From assembly GCA_964447495.1 (NCBI GenBank), contig CAYUTF010000010.1, positions 5,422-46,373 of the forward strand: DNA of 40,952 nucleotides, written 5' to 3'. The position numbers were made by a program, and so were the translations under genes. This document shows, one piece after another, positions 27,502-37,187 of this stretch. Origin of the DNA: an uncultured archaeon. Its GTDB lineage: Archaea; Asgardarchaeota; Lokiarchaeia; Sigyniarchaeales; SOKP01. Every line of letters starts with the position of its first letter. Positions within the stretch are counted from its first letter, which is position 1. A model generated the notes under the pieces. It worked only from the letters and a program-made list of their open reading frames with translations, did no database searches and had not been told where the DNA came from.

Positions 27502-28317
27502 TTGAATGAATTTAAGTCAGATACTGCTATTAACCAAAATTTAGAACGAATATGGAAAATTAGGGTAATTATTCAAGATCTTCAAAATGTTGTTAATAAT
27601 ATAATTACTATTTTAAGCTCCGATACCACTTTAGATCAAACCTACGCGGAGATAGCAATATCAAATATTAAGGATTGCTATTATCATATTACTATGGCTT
27701 GGGAAGAGCTGAATCTAAAAGTATCTAAAGGGGAAAATGATTTAGATGAGTCAAAAGGATGTTTATATTTTGCTAAAAGTCGTTTAACGCAATCTATAAG
27801 TGAATTCAATGTTTTGGATAATGTAAAATTACCTAATCTGATTTCCCGTTTAAAAGTAGTCTTTGAGACCTGTTGGAACGCATTTTTTAATGAGTATAAA
27901 AGGATTGAACCTGTAAGGGAAAATGATTTTCCTTCTCAAAAAGTCTTAGAACTTTCAGAAACGATGTACCAATTGCCGTGTTCTGTATGCGGGAGGATCG
28001 CAGTTGAATTTAAGATAGGATACGGGAGGTTTGATAAGGATGAATCGCTAATTTTTCGTGGAATCACTCATAGTAGATCCCTAAGAAGAGATCTTAGCAT
28101 AATTTTATTCGAGATTTTGAAGGACGAAAATCTTTCCGGAGTGCACGAGTTCATGAAACAATATCATGGATATGAAGGCTTAGATGCTTATTGCCCTGAA
28201 TGCGATAAGATTTATTGTTGGGAGCATTACAATGCTACAGAAGAATGGGAAGAAGGATTCTACGATTGCACCTATGGAACCTGTCCTGAAGGGCATAAAA
28301 GAATGATTGATGATTAA
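27502..28317 (+). CDS. Hypothetical protein: helical N-domain plus Cys/His-rich C-domain
   Basis: CSVC...CPECDKIYCWEH...CPEGH; TTG start after AAGGGGGA. Confidence 0.7.
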   Translation: MNEFKSDTAINQNLERIWKIRVIIQDLQNVVNNIITILSSDTTLDQTYAEIAISNIKDCYYHITMAWEELNLKVSKGENDLDESKGCLYFAKSRLTQSISEFNVLDNVKLPNLISRLKVVFETCWNAFFNEYKRIEPVRENDFPSQKVLELSETMYQLPCSVCGRIAVEFKIGYGRFDKDESLIFRGITHSRSLRRDLSIILFEILKDENLSGVHEFMKQYHGYEGLDAYCPECDKIYCWEHYNATEEWEEGFYDCTYGTCPEGHKRMIDD

Positions 28318-28543
28318 AAGTAAACATATTAAAGGAGAGGGGATTTCTATTTGCTTACAATTAGATGAAGGAGAAATTGGTCTTATTGGAATTGGCTCTA
28401 AGGAATGTCCATTTTATCCGCCTCCAAAACTAATATGGATTGAAAGTCGACCAATTGATATGATAATAGACGGGTATTTCCCGTTATATTTAATTTGCAT
28501 TATTATAACCATCAGTTTCGTATCAATTTATAAGAATAGTTAA
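28307..28543 (+). pseudogene. Possible remnant of a surface protein with Loki-CTERM-like tail
   Basis: 78 aa ending IDGY + hydrophobic helix + K; no signal peptide. Confidence 0.3.
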
Positions 28544-28585
28544 AAAATTAGGATAATTTTTTAGAAATAATACATTATTTTACTT

Positions 28586-29458
28586 ATGGTTAAAGCTCTT
28601 GATATCATTGAGGATATCCAGCAAAAATATAAAATCATTGGTAGAGCCGAAGAATTAGATAAAATCATTATCTCGCACTCCGCGGGGAAAAACATCTTAG
28701 TCCAAGGACCAGTTGGTGTAGGAAAAACAACAATTGCTCGAGCTGTTTCATCGTTTTTTGATTCACATTTTTATCGAATAGATTGTAATGAAGAAACCTT
28801 ATCTCATAATCTTGTTGGATATTGGGACCCTCCATTAGTAATTTCTAAGGGATATGTGGAAGACTCATACGTTTATGGTCCCTTACCGTTAGCAATGCTG
28901 AATGGAGGGTGTTTATTCATAAATGAAATTAATCGAATGCCAGAAAGTACACAAAATTCACTCCTTACTTCACTAGATGAAGGAATTTTAGATATACCTA
29001 AACTAAAGACTATTCATGCCAAAGAAAATTTTTTTGTAATTGCTACCCAAAATCCAGCCGCACATATTGGAGTTTCCGTTCTTGGTGAGGCTCTCATGGA
29101 TAGATTTATTTGGATACAGTTAGATTATCAAAATTCCGAAGAAGAGATTCAAATAATAAAACAAGAAGCCAATTTTAATGATTCAGATGATAACAAGATT
29201 GCGAAATTATGTCAGCAAATCGTTCAATTTACCAGAGAAAGTACTTCAATTCGCAGAGGGAGTTCTATTAGGGGGGCTATTGATTTAGCTGATCTAATTC
29301 TAAAGTCAGAGAACCAAAATAGCTCTAAAAATTGGGTTGATAAAGCTATTATGGCTCTTTATAATAAGATAGAATTAGAAGATGGAGTAGCAAAATCAAA
29401 AACAGAAATAATTACAAATATAGTTCTTTCGGTGTTAAATAAAGCGGATTTTCAATAA
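28586..29458 (+). CDS. MoxR-family AAA+ ATPase
   Basis: IIGR, Walker A GPVGVGKT, Walker B variant LFINEINR, ATQNP, EALMDRF, GSSIRG. Confidence 0.92.
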   Translation: MVKALDIIEDIQQKYKIIGRAEELDKIIISHSAGKNILVQGPVGVGKTTIARAVSSFFDSHFYRIDCNEETLSHNLVGYWDPPLVISKGYVEDSYVYGPLPLAMLNGGCLFINEINRMPESTQNSLLTSLDEGILDIPKLKTIHAKENFFVIATQNPAAHIGVSVLGEALMDRFIWIQLDYQNSEEEIQIIKQEANFNDSDDNKIAKLCQQIVQFTRESTSIRRGSSIRGAIDLADLILKSENQNSSKNWVDKAIMALYNKIELEDGVAKSKTEIITNIVLSVLNKADFQ

Positions 29459-30570
29459 TCGATGATTTCTCTCCAGAATTTTCAGAAGAGATTGAGAAGA
29501 AACGATTACATGTAAGACTTACGGAGCGCATACCAGATAATGAAATTTTACGGTATGAAATAATTAGAAAAAAAAAGAAAAAACCCGATTACTATTATCA
29601 TTTAGCCAATACATTAGATTATAAACAAATAAAAGAATTAACCTATTTATCCATCCAATACAAAAACCTTGAAGCTATAATGGGCTTACTTAAATCGAAT
29701 GTCTATGCAGCTACCGATGCTCTGGATTGTGATGAAGGAGTTAATTTTTTTGCTGAAAAAGCTAAAGAGTCGGCAGCATCAATGGCTGAAGTTTATTTTT
29801 TTATCAGACGTCCAATTTCTGAGAAATATCGATATATTTTTCGCAGGTTAGCAAGACAAAATATTCTTAGGATGTCTTTAAAGATCACAAGTAAAGGAAT
29901 CAGGGGAAATTACAAGAAAACCGTTCCATTTTATCAAATTGGAATGCCAGAATTTGATTTAGATGAGACAATCCAGCATAATCCACTCAAAGTATATAGC
30001 AAGACTCTAACCTACAAGGATATTTATGGAATAAAAAGAAAGCGACAGAAAAGGAAAATAGCTTTAGTGCTTGACACGAGTGGGAGTATGTATGGAAGAC
30101 TTTTATTGAATGCTGCTCTTACAACATCAGTTTTAGCCTATAACATGGAAAAGGAAGATTATGCGATAGTTTTATTTAATTCTACGGCAATGGTTCTAAA
30201 GAAAATTGATGAAAAAAAACCAGTAATCTCAATTATTGATGAGATACTGGATTCTGAAGCTGTTGGATTTACAAATATATCAATAGGCTTAGAAAAGGGA
30301 TTAGCTGAATTAAATAAAGTAAAGCAAAAAACCAGAAATAAATTTGGGATTTTAATTTCTGATGGAAACTATAACCGGGGAGAAAATCCTTTAGAACTAG
30401 CCAAAATGTATCCTAAATTACATGTAATCGGGATGCCAGCTGAAAATGATGCTGATAGAGGTATAGATACATGCAGAGAGCTGGCAAATGCCGGAAGAGG
30501 CAAATTTTATGCGGTAAATGATTTTAAAGAGATTCCAAGAGCCTTGATTGAATTATTATCTCAAACATAA
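29455..30570 (+). CDS. von Willebrand factor A domain protein (MoxR partner); true start uncertain
   Basis: MIDAS DTSGS, FTNI, ISDG. The frame is open 75 codons upstream of ATG 29680, back to an ATA at 29455 overlapping the MoxR stop. Confidence 0.85.
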   Translation: MIDDFSPEFSEEIEKKRLHVRLTERIPDNEILRYEIIRKKKKKPDYYYHLANTLDYKQIKELTYLSIQYKNLEAIMGLLKSNVYAATDALDCDEGVNFFAEKAKESAASMAEVYFFIRRPISEKYRYIFRRLARQNILRMSLKITSKGIRGNYKKTVPFYQIGMPEFDLDETIQHNPLKVYSKTLTYKDIYGIKRKRQKRKIALVLDTSGSMYGRLLLNAALTTSVLAYNMEKEDYAIVLFNSTAMVLKKIDEKKPVISIIDEILDSEAVGFTNISIGLEKGLAELNKVKQKTRNKFGILISDGNYNRGENPLELAKMYPKLHVIGMPAENDADRGIDTCRELANAGRGKFYAVNDFKEIPRALIELLSQT

Positions 30571-30658
30571 ATCTTAATATTTTAAAATTAACCAATTATA
30601 ATTTTAAACGATTCTTTCTTAAAATTCTAATATAATATACTATCTGTAATGATTTAAA

Positions 30659-31198
30659 ATGGAAAAAGAGAATCTTTTAAAAGGTGTCAATTTAATAGTT
30701 GGTTTAATAGTCATTCTATTATCGATATTAGTGATTATTTTCTCAAGTGCCGCATTATTATCAATAATAATCTTGTTGTCGATTGCTCTGTTGTTTGCTG
30801 GGATTGGGAGATTATATAGCGCTTTTGCTGATGAAAAACTCAATAAAATTGCCAAAGGTCTAAAAATTATTGTAGGTATATTAGAAATAATTATAAGTCT
30901 TACAGTAATAATTATTACTATAATTGAGCCCACGATTTCGATATTACTCTTAATCAATCTGTTTGGGCTTATTTTTATTGTTATCGGAGCCTCGGGGATA
31001 GCCATTGGTCTTTTAGTAGAAAAATTCACAAAACAATACCGTTTTCTTCTTATACTTATTGGTATTATTAGCTTCGTATTTGCATTCATAGTCCTTTTCT
31101 ATCCTACTTTCGGTTATTTCGTATTAGTGATTTTGCTCTCACTGTCCTTGCTTTTTAATGGCTTTGCAAGAGTTTTATATGCTTTATTTGAGAAATAA
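30659..31198 (+). CDS. DUF308/HdeD-like membrane protein
   Basis: Six hydrophobic helices in three repeated hairpins (LLFAGIGRL...LLFNGFARV). Confidence 0.7.
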   Translation: MEKENLLKGVNLIVGLIVILLSILVIIFSSAALLSIIILLSIALLFAGIGRLYSAFADEKLNKIAKGLKIIVGILEIIISLTVIIITIIEPTISILLLINLFGLIFIVIGASGIAIGLLVEKFTKQYRFLLILIGIISFVFAFIVLFYPTFGYFVLVILLSLSLLFNGFARVLYALFEK

Positions 31199-31283
31199 TA
31201 GAAAGTTATCAATTATTAAATCTTTTCAAAAAATATTTTATCACAGATTTTTTATCTTAATCAATTAATAGGTTAAGTTTAAA

Positions 31284-32996
31284 ATGAAAAATATAGAAAT
31301 TGCTAATATACTCTATGAAATTGCTGAACTTCTGGAAATAAATGAAGTAGAGTATAAACCAAGAGCATATAGAAGAGCTGCTCAAAATGTAGAGATGTTA
31401 TCAGAGGATATTGAAAATATATTTAAAAATGGAAGATTGGATGACATTCCGGGAGTAGGAAAAAGTATCGCATTAAAAATACAAGAATACATTGAAACCG
31501 GAGATTTAAAATATTTAAATGATTTAAGGAATCGAATTCCTTCTGGATTGCGAGATTTGCTAAAAATAGAAGGAATTGGACCCAAAATTGCACAAAACCT
31601 ATATAAAAATCTCTCAATTAAGAGCGTTGATGAGTTAGAAACAGCAATTATTAACGGTAAATTGAAAAATATTAAGGGTTTTGGAAAGAAAAAGGAAGCA
31701 AATCTCCTTCAAGCAATTGAACTATATAGAACGTCTCAAGAAAGATCTCTATTGGGAGATATCTTACCCATTGCTAAAGGTATAAAATCTAAATTAGAGG
31801 AAGTAAAAGCGGTTATTATTGTTGAAATAGCAGGCTCTATTAGGAGATGGAAAGAAACGATTGGAGATATAGACCTTTTGGCAGTTACTAAACAACCTAA
31901 GGAAGTAATGGAGGTTTTTACTAAATTACCAGAAAAAAAGACAGCTTTATCAAGTGGAGAGATGAAAAGCACAATTGTTCTCAACAATAATATTCAAGTA
32001 GATTTAACTATTATTGATGATTCTAGCTATGGTTCTGCACTTCAATATTTTACAGGGTCAAAGGAGCATAGTATTCAATTAAGAGAAATAGCTAAAAAGA
32101 ATAATATGAAGCTAAATGAATTTGGACTTTTTAACCTAGTTGATAATAGAAAGATTGCGGGAGCTAAAGAAACAGAAATTTACGAATTATTGGGTTTAAG
32201 TTATATTCAACCAGAGTTAAGAGAAAATCGTGGAGAAATTGATTTTGCTAAGAACAAAAAGCTTCCACAATTAGTAGAGATTGGAGATATTAAGGGAGAT
32301 TTGCATGTGCATACTACATGGAGTGATGGATCGAATTCAATTCAGGAAATGGCTACAGCTGCTAAAAACTTAGGTTATGAATATATTGCAATATGCGATC
32401 ATTCAAAGACTCTAAAAATTGCGGGAGGGTTAAATGAAGAGGATTTAAGGACTCAAATGACTGAAATTGAAAAATTAAATCGTACATTAGATGATTTTAG
32501 AATTTTAAAAGGTGTTGAAGTTAATATAGATTCAGACGGAAATTTAGACATAAATAATACTACTTTAAAAGATTTGGATTTTGTAGTAGCTAGTATTCAT
32601 TCTGGTTTTAAACAAGATGAGCAAATTTTAATTAAAAGAATAGTGAATGCTATGCATAATGATTATGTGAATAGTATTGGTCATCCATCTGGAAGAATAA
32701 TTAACAAGAGAGCACCAGCAATTTCTGACTTCTCAAAAATATTTGAGGAAGCTGAAAAGCATAAGATATCTTTAGAAATAAATGCTTTTCCGGATCGATT
32801 AGATTTATCTGATCTCAATTGTTTTAAGGCAAGAGAATGGAATATTAATTTTTCGATTGGTAGTGATGCCCATAACCTTAATCATTTAAAATTTATGGAG
32901 TATGGTGTATCTGTGGCTAGGAGAGGATGGTTAGAAGGTAAAAATATAGTAAACACAATGAATCTAAAGCAATTAAAAAAAACTTTAGGACTTTAG
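31284..32996 (+). CDS. polX: DNA polymerase X with PHP domain
   Basis: IPGVGK HhH, GSIRR..TIGDID, QVDL, YFTGSKEH; PHP motifs HVHT, DHS, GVEV, GHP, SDAH. Confidence 0.95.
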   Translation: MKNIEIANILYEIAELLEINEVEYKPRAYRRAAQNVEMLSEDIENIFKNGRLDDIPGVGKSIALKIQEYIETGDLKYLNDLRNRIPSGLRDLLKIEGIGPKIAQNLYKNLSIKSVDELETAIINGKLKNIKGFGKKKEANLLQAIELYRTSQERSLLGDILPIAKGIKSKLEEVKAVIIVEIAGSIRRWKETIGDIDLLAVTKQPKEVMEVFTKLPEKKTALSSGEMKSTIVLNNNIQVDLTIIDDSSYGSALQYFTGSKEHSIQLREIAKKNNMKLNEFGLFNLVDNRKIAGAKETEIYELLGLSYIQPELRENRGEIDFAKNKKLPQLVEIGDIKGDLHVHTTWSDGSNSIQEMATAAKNLGYEYIAICDHSKTLKIAGGLNEEDLRTQMTEIEKLNRTLDDFRILKGVEVNIDSDGNLDINNTTLKDLDFVVASIHSGFKQDEQILIKRIVNAMHNDYVNSIGHPSGRIINKRAPAISDFSKIFEEAEKHKISLEINAFPDRLDLSDLNCFKAREWNINFSIGSDAHNLNHLKFMEYGVSVARRGWLEGKNIVNTMNLKQLKKTLGL

Positions 32997-33107
32997 AAGA
33001 GAAATAACCTTCATGCAATGATTAATATTGTATTTTTAATATGAAATATATACATAACTTACTTCTTTTTAATTATATCTATAAATCTAATTAGAGGATG
33101 ATTTTTT

Positions 33108-33758
33108 ATGGAAAATGTTGAAAATCTTGATAGAATAGCAAATGAAAATATAAAAATAGCGAGAGATGAAAAACAAATTGCAATAGAATCCAGAAAAATA
33201 GCAAAAAATCAAATTAGTAAATCTAAAGCAAGGGAAGACTTGGCACAGAGAGGTATTGAATTGGCAAATATTAAAAAAGATCTTGCCGAAAAAACAAAAA
33301 ATTTAATTAAAAATAAAATAGCAGTTAAAGAACTCTTAGAGTATTCTGATATGGGCTTAAAAATTGAAGAGGATCATGCAAATTATAATGAAAAAATATC
33401 AGATATTCAAATAGAAATTGCAGAAATTCATAAAAAAATTGCTAGAATTGAAAAAAAACTTGCTGAAGAAAATGAAAAGTTATTTGAGGAAAAGATTGAT
33501 ACTGCAAAAGAAAGAGAAAAATTGGGTAAGAGGCAATTAGCATATATAAAAATCTTTAGAAGTAGTGCTACTGAAGAGAAAAAAACCTTTGCTAAAGAAA
33601 TTTATCTTTCTCAACAGAAGAATTTAACTAAGTCAGAAAGGAAAATTTTAGAAAAAATTGAGGATCTAAAAAAAATTCAATTTAAATTATCTGATTCAAA
33701 AAGAGAACTCTCTTTAAAGTTATCAGAACGGGAAAAAGTAAAACCATCAATTAATTGA
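33108..33758 (+). CDS. All-helical coiled-coil protein
   Basis: K/E-rich heptad pattern over the full length; AGAGGA upstream. Confidence 0.7.
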   Translation: MENVENLDRIANENIKIARDEKQIAIESRKIAKNQISKSKAREDLAQRGIELANIKKDLAEKTKNLIKNKIAVKELLEYSDMGLKIEEDHANYNEKISDIQIEIAEIHKKIARIEKKLAEENEKLFEEKIDTAKEREKLGKRQLAYIKIFRSSATEEKKTFAKEIYLSQQKNLTKSERKILEKIEDLKKIQFKLSDSKRELSLKLSEREKVKPSIN

Positions 33759-33861
33759 GATACTTGCTAAGAAAAACGCTTTTATTATCATAGATTTAAA
33801 TTATATTGACAATTGATTGAATTTATATATTAAATTAATTAAAATGCTTTAAATATAAATT

Positions 33862-34452
33862 ATGTTTCATAATGTTTCTGAAATTGTTAAAGATAGGATG
33901 AGATTCTTAGAAGAGATTGATTCACGAGATAGAGAGGATGGAACTCCCAGATTGAAGCGTTTGCGGCAAGTCCCTCCCGAAACAGGAAAATTTCTCTCAT
34001 TATTAGCTGCGAGTGCACCCAAAGGGGAATTTATCGAGATTGGAACTAGTGGCGGATATTCAACATTATGGATTGCCCTAGCATGCCAAATGCATGGAAT
34101 TAAAATTAAAACACATGAAATATTAGAGGAAAAAATCAAATTAGCAAAAGAAACAATTAAAGTCACTCAGATGGATAATACCATCGAATTGGTTGAGGGT
34201 GATGCGAGACTGTATTTAAAAGACTATAAAAATATATCTTTCTGCTTTATAGATGCGGAAAAAGAAATTTATGAAGAATGCTATGATTTAGTAATACCAA
34301 ACCTGATTAAAGGAGGATTATTAATTGCTGATAATGCTATTAATCACTATGAAACATTAAAAACAATGATACACAAAGCATTAAACGATTCTCGCGTAGA
34401 TGCTATGATTATTCCTATTGGAAAGGGAGAATTGCTATGCAGGAAGCTATAA
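33862..34452 (+). CDS. Class I SAM-dependent O-methyltransferase (YrrM/COMT-like)
   Basis: [27 protein letters not shown]. Confidence 0.9.
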   Translation: MFHNVSEIVKDRMRFLEEIDSRDREDGTPRLKRLRQVPPETGKFLSLLAASAPKGEFIEIGTSGGYSTLWIALACQMHGIKIKTHEILEEKIKLAKETIKVTQMDNTIELVEGDARLYLKDYKNISFCFIDAEKEIYEECYDLVIPNLIKGGLLIADNAINHYETLKTMIHKALNDSRVDAMIIPIGKGELLCRKL

Positions 34453-34470
34453 AATAGTAATAAAAAGTAA

Positions 34471-35502
34471 TTATAATTCTCCTAAGAATAGTCCATAAAG
34501 TAAGCCAGATATAATTGAAAATAAGAGAAATATCACAAAGTATAATGCAACGCCTTTCCATTTAAAAAATCTGCTGTTCGGGACCATTGAAACGACATCA
34601 TATGGTTGCCCCATCATGAAAGATAAAGCGGTAGATCTTGCCATTCCTTTATCGAGTAAGGACTTTGTCAAAACTACTTCAACTAAAGTAGGAGTATACA
34701 ATGGGCCACCAACTATCGCGCCAAAAAAGATACCAATATATCCCGTTAATAAAGGCTGAATTAATTCATCTGGAATGTATGCCGCTAAATAGCTTACAAT
34801 GATTAACCCGATAATTAAATATGGCAGAATCATTTTAATCATTTGCCATGAATATTTATACGAATTCAAGACTCTTTCATGAATACTCTCATCAACCGTT
34901 AATTGTTCTGCTTTACCAATTCTTATGTTTTTATATTTATTTTCAATCTCTCTAGCCATTTTGGTCCTGGCATAAATAAGTCCACATATTAATGCAGCGA
35001 TAAAAGAAAAAACATATCGTAATATAACCAAATCCCAACCAATGTAATCTCCTGTAAGCCAAAGAGTTAAAAAGTTAGCTGCTGGTGCCATTAATAGAAA
35101 TGTCATGGCTACTCCTGCGCCTGCTCCCGCCATTAAAATACCTGCATAAACAGGAACTACAGAACAACTGCAAGTCACGAATAAAGGAGCTAATAAGACC
35201 GCAATGATATAATTTCTCTTTTTTCCCGGACCTAGATATTTTAAAATGGTATTTTGAGGTATAAATTCTTGAATGATGCCTGATAATAAAAATGCAAAAG
35301 TTAAACTAAATCCCGCACTTTTAAAATAGTTGAAAAGATATACAAATGGGACTAAATACCATGCAAATTGCGAATAATCAACAATTTCTTCATGTATGGG
35401 TGAAATTGCTAACTGAACTTTCGTCAAAATAAAGAAGCCTAAAATGAAGAAGAAAAAAGCAAATCCAATTATCGTTCTTAATTTAATCTTAGTCTCAACC
35501 AT
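34471..35502 (-). CDS. ArsP/DUF318 family permease
   Basis: TCSCSVVP, AMTFLLMAP, two-repeat membrane topology; located in an ArsR cluster. Confidence 0.82.
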   Translation of the reverse strand: MVETKIKLRTIIGFAFFFFILGFFILTKVQLAISPIHEEIVDYSQFAWYLVPFVYLFNYFKSAGFSLTFAFLLSGIIQEFIPQNTILKYLGPGKKRNYIIAVLLAPLFVTCSCSVVPVYAGILMAGAGAGVAMTFLLMAPAANFLTLWLTGDYIGWDLVILRYVFSFIAALICGLIYARTKMAREIENKYKNIRIGKAEQLTVDESIHERVLNSYKYSWQMIKMILPYLIIGLIIVSYLAAYIPDELIQPLLTGYIGIFFGAIVGGPLYTPTLVEVVLTKSLLDKGMARSTALSFMMGQPYDVVSMVPNSRFFKWKGVALYFVIFLLFSIISGLLYGLFLGEL

Positions 35503-35519
35503 TTTTTCATATCCATTTA

Positions 35520-35795
35520 TTATTTTGTAATAACTTGTTGAAATTGAGCCTTAAGCTTATTTATTGTTGGAACGTGCCCTTGATTAATCAAAACACCATT
35601 CACTGCAACCGCAGGGCTTTGAAGAATTCCATACGTCTCAAGTACTTCTTTGGAGGAAATATCCAAATGAGATATCTCGATTTTATCAGTGTATTCTGGA
35701 AAATCTTTTAACATCTCTTCAAGATTTTTCCTTGTTTTTTTACATTTCGAGCAAGGCTTCTCTGGTCCAATTGTATGAACTATTATCCTATCCAT
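35520..35795 (-). CDS. Small thioredoxin-like protein (MTH895 / Thioredoxin_3 type)
   Basis: GPEKPCSKC, YGILQSPAVAVNG, GHVP. Confidence 0.85.
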   Translation of the reverse strand: MDRIIVHTIGPEKPCSKCKKTRKNLEEMLKDFPEYTDKIEISHLDISSKEVLETYGILQSPAVAVNGVLINQGHVPTINKLKAQFQQVITK

Positions 35796-35960
35796 ACTTT
35801 CTCTACTCTTTTGTATTATTATATTCTATAAAATGTATTTTATATAATTCCCATAATATTATTTTAAAATAATACTCAAATTTTGAAATATGAAATCTAA
35901 TTTAAGTTTTATTAAAATAAAACAAAAAAATTTAAAATAGATATTAATTTCTTATTTATA

Positions 35961-36317
35961 ATGACTGAGGATCGTTTAAAAAATTATATTGAAACATTAG
36001 AAATAGGAACTACATGCAAAGAGTTCTTAGATATAAATAAGAGTATATTAAACCAAATTAAAGATGATCCCGAATTCGTTAATCAATTAAAGATTCATAA
36101 CGCTCTCTCCAATAACAAACGATTTTTAATTATGAAAATTCTTGAAAGAAAAGCTATGTGTACCTGTGCTTTAGCTAAACTATTTGAGACGACTGATGGG
36201 GCAATAACTCATCATTTAAAGATTTTAGAGGAAGCTGGATTAATAATTGGCAAAAAACAAGGATATTATACGATATACTATACTAAAGAGTCTTTAATTG
36301 AACAAATCACAGTTTAA
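35961..36317 (+). CDS. ArsR/SmtB family transcriptional regulator
   Basis: ALSNNKRFLI...MCTCAL...ITHHLKILEEAGLI; CxC metal(loid) site. Confidence 0.9.
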   Translation: MTEDRLKNYIETLEIGTTCKEFLDINKSILNQIKDDPEFVNQLKIHNALSNNKRFLIMKILERKAMCTCALAKLFETTDGAITHHLKILEEAGLIIGKKQGYYTIYYTKESLIEQITV

Positions 36318-36348
36318 ATTAAGAATAACAAAATTTAGGAGAATATAT

Positions 36349-36639
36349 ATGACCATTACTAAAGATGTTTCGAATGAAGAAAAAATTAAATTGGATATTT
36401 ATGTACCCTTAAATGTATGTGCTTGTCAGTGGGAGAGCTTCATGAATCTTGTCTTTCAAGTGATAACGGAATATGGTAAGTATATTGAATTTGAAACGAA
36501 AAATCTTGATTCAGAGGAAGCTCGAAATTTGAGCTTACACGGAAACAGTGTTGTTATCAATGGATCTGAGGTTGTAAGTTCTTCTTTTGCTCTAAAGAAA
36601 AAGTTGCCTGAAATTTTAAAGAACAAAGGGTTAATTTAA
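36349..36639 (+). CDS. Thioredoxin/ArsD-like small protein with CxC
   Basis: IYVPLNVCAC...SVVING; ATG 36349 follows AGGAG. Confidence 0.6.
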   Translation: MTITKDVSNEEKIKLDIYVPLNVCACQWESFMNLVFQVITEYGKYIEFETKNLDSEEARNLSLHGNSVVINGSEVVSSSFALKKKLPEILKNKGLI

Positions 36640-36640
36640 T

Positions 36641-37111
36641 GTGACTGAACTTAAAGAAAAACTGATAGAAAATATAATCTTAATTCCTTGTTCTGGATCA
36701 GAGTATCATGGTGAATTAGCGCGGCAGGCGGCTATTATATTGGCAGAAAAAAGCAAAATATCTGTTATAACATCAATGACTTGTTCCACAATTTTTCTGA
36801 AAAATGTTCTTCTGGGTAAGGATAAACTCGTCGAAATTTCAAAAAACCATCTTAAAAATAGTTTTATTGTCATAATTAATGGATGTACTACATCTTGTGC
36901 AAGTGAGATCTATAGAGCTCTTGAAATAGAACCTGATTTGATCATCTCTGTTCAAAATTTAATCCCAAAACAACATTTAAACTTAAATGATCTCAATGCA
37001 TTCAACAAACTTCCAAAAATGAGCGAAATCAAACAAGAAGATCTCGATCTAGTAATTAATCACATTTTGAGTGAACTTCAAAAGGTAAGATTAGCTATCA
37101 TAAACTTCTAA
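36641..37111 (+). CDS. DGC-domain putative zinc-binding protein
   Basis: PCSG...GELARQAA...C...IINGCTTSCA (NGC in place of DGC). Confidence 0.75.
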   Translation: MTELKEKLIENIILIPCSGSEYHGELARQAAIILAEKSKISVITSMTCSTIFLKNVLLGKDKLVEISKNHLKNSFIVIINGCTTSCASEIYRALEIEPDLIISVQNLIPKQHLNLNDLNAFNKLPKMSEIKQEDLDLVINHILSELQKVRLAIINF

Positions 37112-37187
37112 AATATAACTAGAATAATGCTTTTATTTATAATTCAAATTCAATTCACTCAATAAGGTCTATTTCTAACTATTTCTT

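Noticed and set aside
30640-31089. 149-aa minus-strand ORF
   Set aside because: Antisense shadow of the hydrophobic DUF308-like gene, with the typical I/N/K-rich mirror composition.
31284-32996. Catalytically dead PolX variant
   Set aside because: The DxD (GDID), the third Asp (QVDL) and the PHP metal ligands are all intact; it is an ordinary PolX-PHP.
34471-37111. Selenocysteine (TGA) in the redox proteins
   Set aside because: All CxxC/CxC/CSC motifs use Cys codons, the ORFs look complete, and no convincing SECIS was seen.
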